From Candidatus Eiseniibacteriota bacterium (GTDB taxonomy: Bacteria > Eisenbacteria > RBG-16-71-46), in the NCBI GenBank assembly GCA_031370785.1, contig JANMQY010000058.1, positions 1-64,000 of the forward strand: a stretch of DNA of 64,000 bases, written 5' to 3'. The position numbers and the translations under genes are program-made. This document shows, piece after piece, positions 9,297 to 18,677 of the stretch. Below the pieces are notes generated by a model that made no database searches, was not told the origin of the DNA, and worked only from the letters and a program-made list of their open reading frames with translations. The first letter of the stretch is position 1, and every line of letters begins with the position of its first letter.

Positions 9297-10568
9297 TCAG
9301 CGTCCCTTCAGGTGCGGCCGCACTGCCATCAGCGCCGCCGCATGAAGCACGACCCGGCTGCCCTCGAGGTGGCTGGGGAGCGGAATCGGATTGCAGCCCC
9401 CGCCGCGCCCGAGCGTGGCGATCGCGATCGGCGAGGTGCAGTTGCGGCACACCAGCGCGCCGCCGTCCTCGAAGTAGCCCTTGTCGCCGCAGATCTGGCA
9501 GGCGTCGAAGCAGGTGCGGACCTCTTCTCCATTGCGGATCGCGAAGAAGCGTACGGACTGGGCGGTGCCCGAGGCGGGATCGGGAAGCAGCACGGAGAAG
9601 AAGTGGGCGTGGCCATCGGAGAGCGTCGTGGCATCGAACCCGAGCGAGTCGCCCGAGATCTCGAGCGGCTGCGCGGGCGGGCGATCGGGCAGACGTGAGT
9701 TCTGCACGAACGCGGTGGCGAGGAAGCCCACCACCAGCACCGCCACCACGCCGGTCCAGCGCCGGCGCACCCGCTCGCTCGCGCGCTCGGCGCGCTCGAG
9801 CCGGGCCTCGGGACCGTCTGCTGCGCCTGCCGGAGCCTTGAGTGGCCTTGTGGACGGACCGAACAGCAGCCAGCCTGCGGCGAGCGCGACGGTCAGCGTG
9901 AACAGAAGCAGCTCGTTCTTGACGATCGGGCCGATCACCGCCATCTCGGTTCGGCTCGAGGGCAGAACCTGCGCCTCGCTCAACTCGTGGAGCCCGCCGA
10001 CCAGCAGCTGGGCCGCGATCAGCAGCAGCACCGCGGAAGTCAGCGAGAAGAAGGGCTTGAGCGGAACGCGCAGCGTGCCACGGATGAACAGCGCGCCGAA
10101 CAGGATTGCGAGCGCGAGCCCGGCCAGCGCGCCGATCCACAGCCCGACCCCCTGGCTGTTGAAGCCTGCCGCCGAGAGGAAGATCGCGGTCTCGACCCCC
10201 TCGCGAAACACCATTCCGAACGCGAACAGTCCGACCCCGAACGCGCCCGACCCGCCGGTCGCGCGCTCGAGCCCGCTTTCGACTTCGCGCTTCATGTTGG
10301 GTCCGGAGCGCCACATCCATACCGTGAGGCTGAGCACCAGCGCGGCGCCGACCAGCTTGGCGATGCCCTCGGCCAGCTCCTGGTCGTAGGTGAGGTGGCT
10401 GGCCAGCGCTCCGACGCCGACCGAGGCGGCGAGCGCCACCAGCGCGCCGGCGTAGAGCGCGCCGGTCAGATGCGCCGCGCCGCTGCGGCGCAGCACGCTC
10501 ACCGCGATCGCCAGCACCAGGGTCGCTTCGACGCCTTCGCGCAGCGTAATGACCAGCGCCTCAAACAT
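9297..10568 (-). CDS. FTR1/EfeU-type iron permease fused to a C-terminal Cys-rich DUF2318 domain
   Basis: Start MFEALVITLREGVEA at 10568 (423 aa); two REGVE (RExxE) motifs; C-terminal CFDACQIC, VCRNC, GGCNPIP. Confidence 0.88.
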   Translation of the reverse strand: MFEALVITLREGVEATLVLAIAVSVLRRSGAAHLTGALYAGALVALAASVGVGALASHLTYDQELAEGIAKLVGAALVLSLTVWMWRSGPNMKREVESGLERATGGSGAFGVGLFAFGMVFREGVETAIFLSAAGFNSQGVGLWIGALAGLALAILFGALFIRGTLRVPLKPFFSLTSAVLLLIAAQLLVGGLHELSEAQVLPSSRTEMAVIGPIVKNELLLFTLTVALAAGWLLFGPSTRPLKAPAGAADGPEARLERAERASERVRRRWTGVVAVLVVGFLATAFVQNSRLPDRPPAQPLEISGDSLGFDATTLSDGHAHFFSVLLPDPASGTAQSVRFFAIRNGEEVRTCFDACQICGDKGYFEDGGALVCRNCTSPIAIATLGRGGGCNPIPLPSHLEGSRVVLHAAALMAVRPHLKGR

Positions 10569-11070
10569 GGTCGCGTCCCTTCGCATGCGGCGCGCTCTGC
10601 GGCAGTCGCGGGCCGGTGTCGCCTTCGAGGGTGCGCTTCCACGCCTGGCAGACGCGCGGAGCGCAGAAGCCGAACGCATGCTCGTTCAGCGCGTAGAGCT
10701 GGCTCTTGCCCGCGCGGCGCACGCGCACGATGTCGAGGTCGCGCAGGATGCGCAGCTGATGCGAGGTCGCCGAGAGCGTGGCTCCGAGCGCTTCCGCCAG
10801 ATCGCTCACGCACATCTCGTGGATCGAAAGCGCGAACACCAGCTTGCTGCGGGTCGGATCGCCGAGCGCCTTGAACGTGCGCGCGAGGCGCTCGACCAGC
10901 GCATGGTCTTCCAGCGCGAGGCGCAGGTGCTCGTAGCGCAGCGCGCCCGCGCCCGTGGCGGCTCGCCCGGCTCTCGCGTCGGGGCGTGCCGGTCGCGCGT
11001 CCGCGCGGCGTCGGGCCGGCGGGCGCGAGGCCGCCCGCGTCGCCGCGGCGCGAATTCGTGAAACGCTCAT
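10561..11070 (-). CDS. ArsR/SmtB family metalloregulator
   Basis: FKALGDPTRSKL, EMCVSDLA, SATSHQLRILR, VRVRRAGK..LY motifs; start MSVSRI at 11070. Confidence 0.9.
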   Translation of the reverse strand: MSVSRIRAAATRAASRPPARRRADARPARPDARAGRAATGAGALRYEHLRLALEDHALVERLARTFKALGDPTRSKLVFALSIHEMCVSDLAEALGATLSATSHQLRILRDLDIVRVRRAGKSQLYALNEHAFGFCAPRVCQAWKRTLEGDTGPRLPQSAPHAKGRDHV

Positions 11071-11085
11071 GGGATCTCCGGGTTG

Positions 11086-11111
11086 AACACTTGAAGAATC
11101 GTTCACGCGAT
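11086..11111. promoter_or_regulatory. SmtB/CzrA-type operator
   Basis: AACACTTGAAGAATCGTTCACGCGAT with core TGAA-N6-TTCA (11092-11105), about 20 bp upstream of the ArsR start. Confidence 0.7.
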
Positions 11112-11229
11112 CGCGCATCCTGCCCGAGGCCCGACCGGGGCGTCAAGCGAGGTGGGAACGCCCGCGAAAGCATTGACCGGCGAGTGCGCGGGCCGCGATA
11201 CTGAGCGCGGCCGGGGAACCTGGAGTCGA

Positions 11230-13197
11230 ATGCGCGCCTTTGCGAAGCACGTGGGTCTGATCGTCATCACCCTGTCTCTCGCGGCATCCTCGGTCGGCGC
11301 TACTCCATCGCCGCCCGCCGCGGGCACGCCGGGCGAGCGCAGCGCGCGGGCCTCCGAGCTTGCGGAGCAGGCGCGCCGTCACCTCGCGCGCGGGACGGTG
11401 GACGCGCGGCGCATGGCGCTACGCGAACTGGAGCAGGCGACGCTGCTCGATTCCGGCCGGGCCGACTACGAGCTCGAGCTGGCTCGCGCCTACTACGCGG
11501 CCGGATTCCTCAAGAGCGCGCGCACGCGGTACGAGCGCGTCTCACGCCTGGCGCCCGAAGAAGGCGCGGCGCGCTTCGGACTCGGCCAGGTGTGGCGGCG
11601 CGACTGGCTCAAGTACCTGGACCGGGGCTCGCTCACCCGCGCGATCGACAATTTCAACGCGGCGGCGCAGCGCGATCCGTCGCGTGCCGAGTGCTGGGTC
11701 ATGCTCTCGACGCTGGGCGTTGCCGAAGGCAACCTGCCGGCGGCGACCGCCGCGGCGACGCGGGCGCTCGAGGCCGCGCCCGGCAACTCCGACGCGCAGC
11801 TGGCGGCGGCCTCGTGCGCGTGGCGTGGCGGCGATGTCGAGCGCGCCGACAGCCTGTTCGGCCGCGCAGTCCCCAGGCTCGCCCGGAACGTGCGCTCGCG
11901 CTTCGAAGACATCAGTCCGCTCGCCACCGAGCAGGACACGATGGCGATGCACCGCCTGCCGCTGCTGATGCAATTCGATTACGTGCGGCGCTTCTGGAAG
12001 GAACACGATCCCGATCCCACGACGATCGCCAACGAAGCGCAGCTCGAGTACTGGGCGCGCTGCGCGCAGGCGTACTTCCTCTACTACGACGCCCATCGCC
12101 GCGAGTGGGACGAGCGCGGTGAGGTCTACGTGCGATACGGCCCTCCCGACAGCGCGGCCTACAACCCGATCGGCAGCCCGATGGTGGTCCACCTCGGGAA
12201 CCACGGAGAGTTTCCCGCGAACACCCTGGTGTGGGACTACCGCAGCCTGGGGATGAAGGTCACGCTTCAGGATCGTCTGCTGTCCGAGTACTACCTGCTG
12301 CCGATCACGTACGACCGGGATCCGGATCCCCGTCCCGATCCCGACTCGCTGGCCCAGCTTGGCGACGCCCTCGCGACCGGCATGGGTCGCGGGGTGTTCC
12401 CGCTCTACCCGCCCGGCGCGCACTCGATGCCGGTCAAGGGGGCGCTGGCGCGTTTCGAGGGCGAACATGCCCCGCGGCTGCTCGTCCAGCTCGAGGTTCC
12501 GGGCACTCCCGCGGAAAGTCTGTGGGCGGAGTGGGTGGTGATGGACTCGCTCCAGACCGAAGTCGCTCGGGCGCGGCGCGCGCTTTCGCCCTCGCCGTGC
12601 GACCCGCTCGCCCGCCGCACCGCCGACTTCGCGACCGCGCTGCCGCCCGGCCATTACTCCGTGGGCATTTCGGTGCGCGGGCGCGCAGGCGCGCGCGGAG
12701 TCCATCGCGGGGAAGTGGACCTCGCTCCGCAGGGCGCCGTGCTCTCGCTCAGCGACGTGGTGATCACGTGCGGTGCGCCCGAGGTCGGAGCAGGCGCGGT
12801 TCAACTGGCCGGCAACCCTTCCGCGAGCGTCGCGGCCGGCGATCCGCTCAGCGCCTATTTCGAGATCTACCACCTCGCGCCGGGCGCCGATGGCCAGGCG
12901 CAGTTCGAGTACATCTATACGGTGCGCTCTTCCGAGAAGGACAAGCGCATCTGGGTCCAGCGGGCGCTCGCCCCGCGGCGCGAGCCCGCGCCCCTGATCG
13001 CAAGCCGGCGCGAGCAGAACCCGGGAAGCCTCAGGCGCCAGTTCGTGACCGTCCCGGTGCAGTCGCTGCCGCCCGGGCGGTATCGGCTCGAGATCCGGGT
13101 GCGCGACCTGATCGCCGGCAGTGAAGCCAGCGCCGACGCGGAATTCGTGCGCCAGCCGCCCGCCCTGGCGGCGCGGACCCCGGTCCCGACTCGTTAG
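11230..13197 (+). CDS. Exported TPR + GWxTD-domain protein
   Basis: Signal peptide MRAFAKHVGLIVITLSLAA; TPR-like helices; FWKEHDPDPTT..NEAQLEYW.R and WDERGEVYVRYGPP; C-terminal AYFEIY / LPPGRYRLEIRVRD Ig-like region. Confidence 0.8.
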   Translation: MRAFAKHVGLIVITLSLAASSVGATPSPPAAGTPGERSARASELAEQARRHLARGTVDARRMALRELEQATLLDSGRADYELELARAYYAAGFLKSARTRYERVSRLAPEEGAARFGLGQVWRRDWLKYLDRGSLTRAIDNFNAAAQRDPSRAECWVMLSTLGVAEGNLPAATAAATRALEAAPGNSDAQLAAASCAWRGGDVERADSLFGRAVPRLARNVRSRFEDISPLATEQDTMAMHRLPLLMQFDYVRRFWKEHDPDPTTIANEAQLEYWARCAQAYFLYYDAHRREWDERGEVYVRYGPPDSAAYNPIGSPMVVHLGNHGEFPANTLVWDYRSLGMKVTLQDRLLSEYYLLPITYDRDPDPRPDPDSLAQLGDALATGMGRGVFPLYPPGAHSMPVKGALARFEGEHAPRLLVQLEVPGTPAESLWAEWVVMDSLQTEVARARRALSPSPCDPLARRTADFATALPPGHYSVGISVRGRAGARGVHRGEVDLAPQGAVLSLSDVVITCGAPEVGAGAVQLAGNPSASVAAGDPLSAYFEIYHLAPGADGQAQFEYIYTVRSSEKDKRIWVQRALAPRREPAPLIASRREQNPGSLRRQFVTVPVQSLPPGRYRLEIRVRDLIAGSEASADAEFVRQPPALAARTPVPTR

Positions 13198-13278
13198 AGA
13201 CGCCCCGGAAACAACCTACAGTTCCGCGCCCGCCCTTCCGATAACGGTCGTATAGGGAAGTCTCACCCAGGGGACACG

Positions 13279-13677
13279 ATGTCCGATAACCATATTCGTA
13301 TTCTGGTCGTCGACGACGAGGCCGATCTGGTGTCGGTGCTTCGCATTGGCCTCGAGGCCGAGGGCTTCGAAGTCCTCGAGGCCTCCGACGGCGAGGAGGG
13401 GTTGCGCATGGCGCGTGAGTGCAAGCCCGCGCTGGTGCTGCTCGATCTCATGCTGCCCAAGCTCGACGGCTACAAAGTGTGTCGCTCGCTCAAGTTCGAT
13501 GAGCGCTATCGCGCCGTGCCCATCTTGATCCTGAGCGCCCGCTCCGGGGAACAGGACCGTCGCCTCGCGCACGACATGGGGGCGGATGGGTTCATCACCA
13601 AGCCGTACGAGATGAAGGATCTGGTTGCGAAGGTGAAGCACAAGCTCGGGCTCCCGCCCGGGCGTATCGCCGCCTAG
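13279..13677 (+). CDS. Single-domain response regulator (receiver only)
   Basis: ILVVDDE, LLDLMLP, LSA, GADGFITKPY; no output domain. Confidence 0.92.
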   Translation: MSDNHIRILVVDDEADLVSVLRIGLEAEGFEVLEASDGEEGLRMARECKPALVLLDLMLPKLDGYKVCRSLKFDERYRAVPILILSARSGEQDRRLAHDMGADGFITKPYEMKDLVAKVKHKLGLPPGRIAA

Positions 13678-13746
13678 TTCTGAAATTCAGGCCCGGCCCA
13701 GGATTCGTGCCTGGGCATGGCTGCGCTTTCCGGTGGCGGAGCACGC

Positions 13747-14550
13747 TCAGGCAGTCGCGGCGCGCGAGAGGGCGAGCACCGACTTCATCTCCTGGTGCAG
13801 CCGCCCATTGCTGGCGAGGATCTGCCGCCCATCGAGCGCGAAGGCCCCGCCCGCATAGTTCGTGACCGTGCCCCCGGCCTCGCGCACGATCAGAACTCCG
13901 GCGGCCATGTCCCACGCCGACAGATGCCCTTCCCAGAACCCATCGAACCTTCCGGCGGCGAGATAGCACAGATTGAGCGCGGCCGAACCGTCGCGCCGGA
14001 TGCCCTGAGCACGCATCAGGAACGCCTGAAACGACGGCAGGCTCCGCTCGGGGTGCTCGCGCACGTCGTACGGGAAGCCGGTGACCAGCAGTGCGTCCTC
14101 GAGCCGCTCGATGTCGCTGACCCTGAGCGGACCGCCGTTCAGGCTCGCGCCCGCGCCCCCCGCGGCGGCGAACATCTCCTCACGCACCGGATCGAACACC
14201 GCGCCCGCCGCCAGCGCGCCATCCACCTCGACGCCCACCGAGACGCAGAAGAACGGGTAGTTGTGCGCGAAGTTGGTGGTGCCGTCGAGCGGATCCACCA
14301 CCCAGCGAACGCGGCTCTCGCGCACCTGCGCGCCCGACTCCTCGGCGAGCACGGCGTGGTCCGGGAAGCGCCGGCTTATCCCATCGAGCAGCACGCGCTC
14401 CGAGCGCCGGTCGTACTCGGTCACGAGATCGATGCGTCCCTTGTGCTCCGGGCGGTGCAGTCGCCCGTAGCCTTCGCGCAGCACGGCCCCCGCCTCGAGC
14501 GCGAGCTCGACCGCCGCATCGCGCAGTGAAGAGGGATCGGGCGCGGTCAC
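13747..14550 (-). CDS. suhB: Inositol monophosphatase family protein
   Basis: DLVTEYD, EESG, WVVDPLDGTTNFAH, RRDGSAA, WDMAAG; GTG at 14550 overlaps the helicase stop. Confidence 0.9.
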   Translation of the reverse strand: MTAPDPSSLRDAAVELALEAGAVLREGYGRLHRPEHKGRIDLVTEYDRRSERVLLDGISRRFPDHAVLAEESGAQVRESRVRWVVDPLDGTTNFAHNYPFFCVSVGVEVDGALAAGAVFDPVREEMFAAAGGAGASLNGGPLRVSDIERLEDALLVTGFPYDVREHPERSLPSFQAFLMRAQGIRRDGSAALNLCYLAAGRFDGFWEGHLSAWDMAAGVLIVREAGGTVTNYAGGAFALDGRQILASNGRLHQEMKSVLALSRAATA

Positions 14551-17507
14551 GCGCCGCCCCGCGCCACGCTGTGCGGGCAGAACCGGCTGTACGGGCAGTA
14601 GCCGCACTTGCGCTGATCGGGATCGGCCGGGAACTCGGCAGCGCGGATGCCACGCGCGGCTTCCGCCACGCGCTCGCGCGCCCGTTCGAGATGCTCGGGC
14701 TCGACTGCCGCCTCGCCGACCACGCCGCTGTCGACGAAGGCGAGCTGGACGCGCGCCGGCAGCACGCCGCGGGTTTCCAGGTAGGCGAGCGCGTAGAGGC
14801 CGAGTTGCTCCTCCTTCAGGCTGCGCACCGCGCGCTCCTTCGCCTTCTCGGCATCCGCGATCTCGGAGGTCTTGTAGTCCACGAGCACGATGCCGTCGGG
14901 GTCCTCGTCGATGCGATCCCAGCGTCCGACCACCATGTCGTTCCCTAGCTTGAACTTGAACTCCATCTCGGCCGCGAGCGGCACGCGGCCCGAGGCCTCT
15001 TCGCGGGCCACGAAGCGACGCAGCGCCTCGCACCCGGCGGCGAGCTGAAGGTCCTCGTGCTCGCGCGAGTAGAACCCCTCGCTCGACCACATCTGCTCGA
15101 AGGCCGAGACCACGTCATCCGCGGTGATCGGCAGGCCCTTGATCCGGCTCTGATGGTAGATGCGGATCGCATGATGGATCGCGATGCCGTACATCGCGCG
15201 CGGGTCGGTGCCGAGCGGAACCTGAACGACATGCGCGTAGCGGTATTTGAGCGGGCAGGTCAGGAAGTCGTCGATCTGTCCGTTGGAGAGGCGCAGCGGG
15301 CGATCGTCGGGGATCGGGCCGGGGTTAAGCGCCGTCGGCTCGGCGCCGGGAGCGAAGCGTGCGATCGACTCGAGCGCCGATGCGGTCCGGGTGCGCTTGA
15401 GCGGCACGGGCAGGCCCAGCGCCTCGACCACGAACCGGCTGACCTTCTTGGTGAGCTTGTCGCCGTAGTCGATGGCGTCACATAGCACCAGTCGGTCGCG
15501 AGCCCGGGTCATCCCGACGTAGAACAGCCGTCGCTCTTCGCGCTCGTGATCCGCGCGCGGATCGGATTCGCCGTGCTGCAGCTCGGGCGGGAAGGGCAGA
15601 GCATCCGAGCGCATCTGGAGCGGGAAGCGCTGCTCGACGAGTTGCACCATGAATACGATCGGGAACTCAAGTCCCTTGGCGTGGTGCGCGGTGAGCAGCT
15701 GCACCGCATCCTGGTCGGCCTCCACCACCGCCGCCTGCGGATTGTCGCCGGCCTCGATCAGCAGATCGAGGTGTCCCATGAAATAGGGAACGCGGTCGCT
15801 CTTCAGCAGTGGCCCGACGCGCTGCACGATTCCGAACAGCTTGTTGAGGTTCTGCAGCTGTTCGGCGGCCTCAGGCGTGTCCTCGTGCGAGAGGCGACCG
15901 ATCAGGCCGCTCTCGGTCACGAACTCGTACAGGACCTCGGTGGTCGGACGGCGCACCGCGCTCGCCGCGAGCCGCGCGTGCAGGTCGAGGAAGCGCCGGA
16001 TCGCCTCGCGCGATTCGGGCGCCAGCTCGGCCTTCGGATCGAGCGCCGCCTCGCCGGCCACGCGCAGCAGCGCGCGATTGGTGCGCGACGCACGCGCCGC
16101 GAGCCCGGCCAGATCCACCGGGTCGACTCCGAACAACGGATCGCCGAGCACGACGTAGCTGGCCGCGCCGTCGGCGGGATCGGCGAGCGTGCGCAGCAGA
16201 TTCAGGCACAGCCGCACTTCCGGGCGCTGATAGAGGCTGCGCGTCGAAGTGCGATGAAAATGGATGCCGCGCGCGCGCAGCGCGAGCGCGTACGGATCGA
16301 GGTGCGCGTGCGTGCGCGCGAGGATTGCGATGTCGCGTGCCGCGCACTCGCCGCGCTCGATCAGGCCCGCGATCTCTTCGACCACCCAGTCGGTTTCTTC
16401 CCCGGCGGCGGCGAAACTGCGGTGCTCGACATGGCCGGGAGTTTCGCGCGCGGCGATCAGGCTCTTCGCGAAGCGCTCCGGATCGCGTGCCTCGAGGCGT
16501 GCCGGATTGTTGAACTGGATCATGCGATGGGCGAGATCGAGGATGGACTGCCCGGAGCGATAGTTGCGGCGCAGCATCAGCACGCGTGACCCGGGAAATG
16601 CTTCCACGAATCCGAGCAGGTTCTCGACCTTGGCGCCGCGGAAGCGATAGATGCTCTGATCGTCGTCGCCGACCACGGTCAGATTCCGGCGCTCCCCGGC
16701 CAGGGTCCGCACCAGCTCGAACTGCACGTGGTTGGTGTCCTGGAATTCATCGACCAGGATGTAGCGGAAGCGGTCCCGGTACTCGCGGCGCAGATAGGCG
16801 CGCTCACGCAGCAGGCGAAGCGCGAGGCTGATCTGCGAGCCGAAGTCGACCCGCCCGGCCTCGGCGAGCAGCCGCTGATAGGCCGCATAGGCCCGCGCCT
16901 TCTCGATCTCGGCCTCGGCGCGATCGCGTTTCGCCGGATCATCGCCGGCTTCGGCCGCGAGGCGCTCGGCGAAGGCGAGGTACTGCTCGGGAGAGACGTC
17001 CTCGTCGCGCGCGCGGTCGAACACGTTGACCAGCGCCGAAAGATGCGCGTCGGGGGAACCGAGCGGCAGATAGCGACTGAGTCCGAGCTCGAACAGGCGC
17101 TCACGCAGGAACACCAGGATCTCGGCGTCGCTCTCGACGCGGAGCTGCGAAGTGAGGCCGAGCTCCACCGCGTGCTCGCGCACCAGCCGGTCGCCGAACG
17201 CATGAAAGGTCGCGATCGTCGCGCCCACCAGCCCGTAGGGAACCAGCACGTCGACCCGCGACTCCATCTCCGCGGCAGCCTTGTCGGTGAAGGTGAGCGC
17301 CAGGATCTGTTCGGGACGCGCGCGCCGGGTCGCGATCAGCCATGCGATTCGCCGCGTGATGACCTGGGTCTTGCCGGTGCCCGCGCCGGCCACGATCAGC
17401 AGCGGTCCCTCGCCGTGCGTGACCGCCTCGTGCTGCTCCGGGTTGAGCTGCTCGAGGATCTCGTCGACCCCTGCGGTGTGGCGCGCCGCCTCGTGAGTGG
17501 CGCTCAC
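14547..17507 (-). CDS. UvrD/PcrA-type SF1 helicase fused to a C-terminal PD-(D/E)XK nuclease with four Cys
   Basis: AGAGTGKT, LTFT, VDEFQD, GDDDQSIY, NYRS, KGLEF, ERRLFYVGMTRA; nuclease GRWDR..VDYKT; TCPLKY and CGYCPYSRFC. Confidence 0.9.
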   Translation of the reverse strand: MSATHEAARHTAGVDEILEQLNPEQHEAVTHGEGPLLIVAGAGTGKTQVITRRIAWLIATRRARPEQILALTFTDKAAAEMESRVDVLVPYGLVGATIATFHAFGDRLVREHAVELGLTSQLRVESDAEILVFLRERLFELGLSRYLPLGSPDAHLSALVNVFDRARDEDVSPEQYLAFAERLAAEAGDDPAKRDRAEAEIEKARAYAAYQRLLAEAGRVDFGSQISLALRLLRERAYLRREYRDRFRYILVDEFQDTNHVQFELVRTLAGERRNLTVVGDDDQSIYRFRGAKVENLLGFVEAFPGSRVLMLRRNYRSGQSILDLAHRMIQFNNPARLEARDPERFAKSLIAARETPGHVEHRSFAAAGEETDWVVEEIAGLIERGECAARDIAILARTHAHLDPYALALRARGIHFHRTSTRSLYQRPEVRLCLNLLRTLADPADGAASYVVLGDPLFGVDPVDLAGLAARASRTNRALLRVAGEAALDPKAELAPESREAIRRFLDLHARLAASAVRRPTTEVLYEFVTESGLIGRLSHEDTPEAAEQLQNLNKLFGIVQRVGPLLKSDRVPYFMGHLDLLIEAGDNPQAAVVEADQDAVQLLTAHHAKGLEFPIVFMVQLVEQRFPLQMRSDALPFPPELQHGESDPRADHEREERRLFYVGMTRARDRLVLCDAIDYGDKLTKKVSRFVVEALGLPVPLKRTRTASALESIARFAPGAEPTALNPGPIPDDRPLRLSNGQIDDFLTCPLKYRYAHVVQVPLGTDPRAMYGIAIHHAIRIYHQSRIKGLPITADDVVSAFEQMWSSEGFYSREHEDLQLAAGCEALRRFVAREEASGRVPLAAEMEFKFKLGNDMVVGRWDRIDEDPDGIVLVDYKTSEIADAEKAKERAVRSLKEEQLGLYALAYLETRGVLPARVQLAFVDSGVVGEAAVEPEHLERARERVAEAARGIRAAEFPADPDQRKCGYCPYSRFCPHSVARGGA

Positions 17508-18601
17508 CCGCGCATCCGCGGCGGCCGCGGGTCGAGCGGAGCGCGATTGAGCCGGCGCGCGCCGTTCGACTCGACCACCACCAGATCCTCGAGGCGCACG
17601 CCGAATCGGCCGTGAAGGTAGATGCCGGGCTCGACGCTGTGCACCATGCCGGAGGCGAGCGGGAGGCGGTTGCCCTCCACCAGGTAGGGCATCTCGTGTA
17701 CCTCGAGACCGACCCCATGCCCGGTGCGGTGCGGAAAGCGCTCGCCGTATCCGGCGCTCGCGATCACGCCGCGCGCGGCGCGATCCACCTGCTCGGCGGG
17801 CGTTCCCGCGCGAGCCGCCTGGATTCCAGCTTCGCGCGCCCGATTGACGATCGGGTAGATCCGCTCGGCCTCGGCTTCGGGCTCGCCGAGCCAGTAGGTG
17901 CGCGTGATGTCCGAGCCGTAGCCGCCGGTGAATGCCCCGAGGTCGAGCAGCAGCACGTCACCCTCGCCGATCACGCGCTCCGAAGTGAAATGATGGGGGA
18001 GCGCCGCGTTCGGGCCGCTCGCGACGATCGCCCATGAGTCACGATCGCCGAGCGCGTCGAAGCGTGCGAAGACGAAAGCCGCGACCTCGCGCTCGGTCAT
18101 GCCGGCGCGCACGAAGTCCGCGCTCTCCTCGACGATCGCGTCGGCGTGGGCGGCCGCCTCCGCCAGCAGGCGCAGTTCCTCGGCGTCCTTGACCGCACGC
18201 AGCATGCCGAGCGCGTCGGCCGCCGGGCGGCAGCGCGCGTGCGCGGCGAGCCGGAGCACGGTCGAGGTGCGCAGTCCCTCGCCGATCAGTACCGAGGGGC
18301 CGCGCGCGAGGTCGAGCCTGCGGAACAGGCGCTCGAACGGGTCCTCGCTCTCGTCCCACACTTCGAGCTCGAGCCAGGGACAGCCTTCCGCGAGCGCGTC
18401 CGCTTCGAGACGCGGCACGATGCACAGCGGATCTCCGCGTCGCGGCAGCGCGAGCGCGACCAGCCGTTCGCTGTGACGCGCGGGCGCTCCGGTCAGCCAC
18501 AGGAAATCGGCCGAGGCGGGAACCAGCAGCCAGTCGGCGCGCTCTTCGTTCAGCATGCCGCGCGCGCGTTCGAGCCGCGCGGCGTGGGGGGCACGGATCA
18601 T
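17504..18601 (-). CDS. Xaa-Pro peptidase (M24B)
   Basis: LLDLG, SDITRT, HRTGHGVGLEVHE, SVEPGIY, GVRLED. Confidence 0.93.
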   Translation of the reverse strand: MIRAPHAARLERARGMLNEERADWLLVPASADFLWLTGAPARHSERLVALALPRRGDPLCIVPRLEADALAEGCPWLELEVWDESEDPFERLFRRLDLARGPSVLIGEGLRTSTVLRLAAHARCRPAADALGMLRAVKDAEELRLLAEAAAHADAIVEESADFVRAGMTEREVAAFVFARFDALGDRDSWAIVASGPNAALPHHFTSERVIGEGDVLLLDLGAFTGGYGSDITRTYWLGEPEAEAERIYPIVNRAREAGIQAARAGTPAEQVDRAARGVIASAGYGERFPHRTGHGVGLEVHEMPYLVEGNRLPLASGMVHSVEPGIYLHGRFGVRLEDLVVVESNGARRLNRAPLDPRPPRMRG

Positions 18602-18677
18602 GGCCGCACGCTAGCACCCGCGCCGGTGAGGCGGCAATCTTGTGGCTCGGGTCCGGTGTCTCTAGACTGCGCGATTC

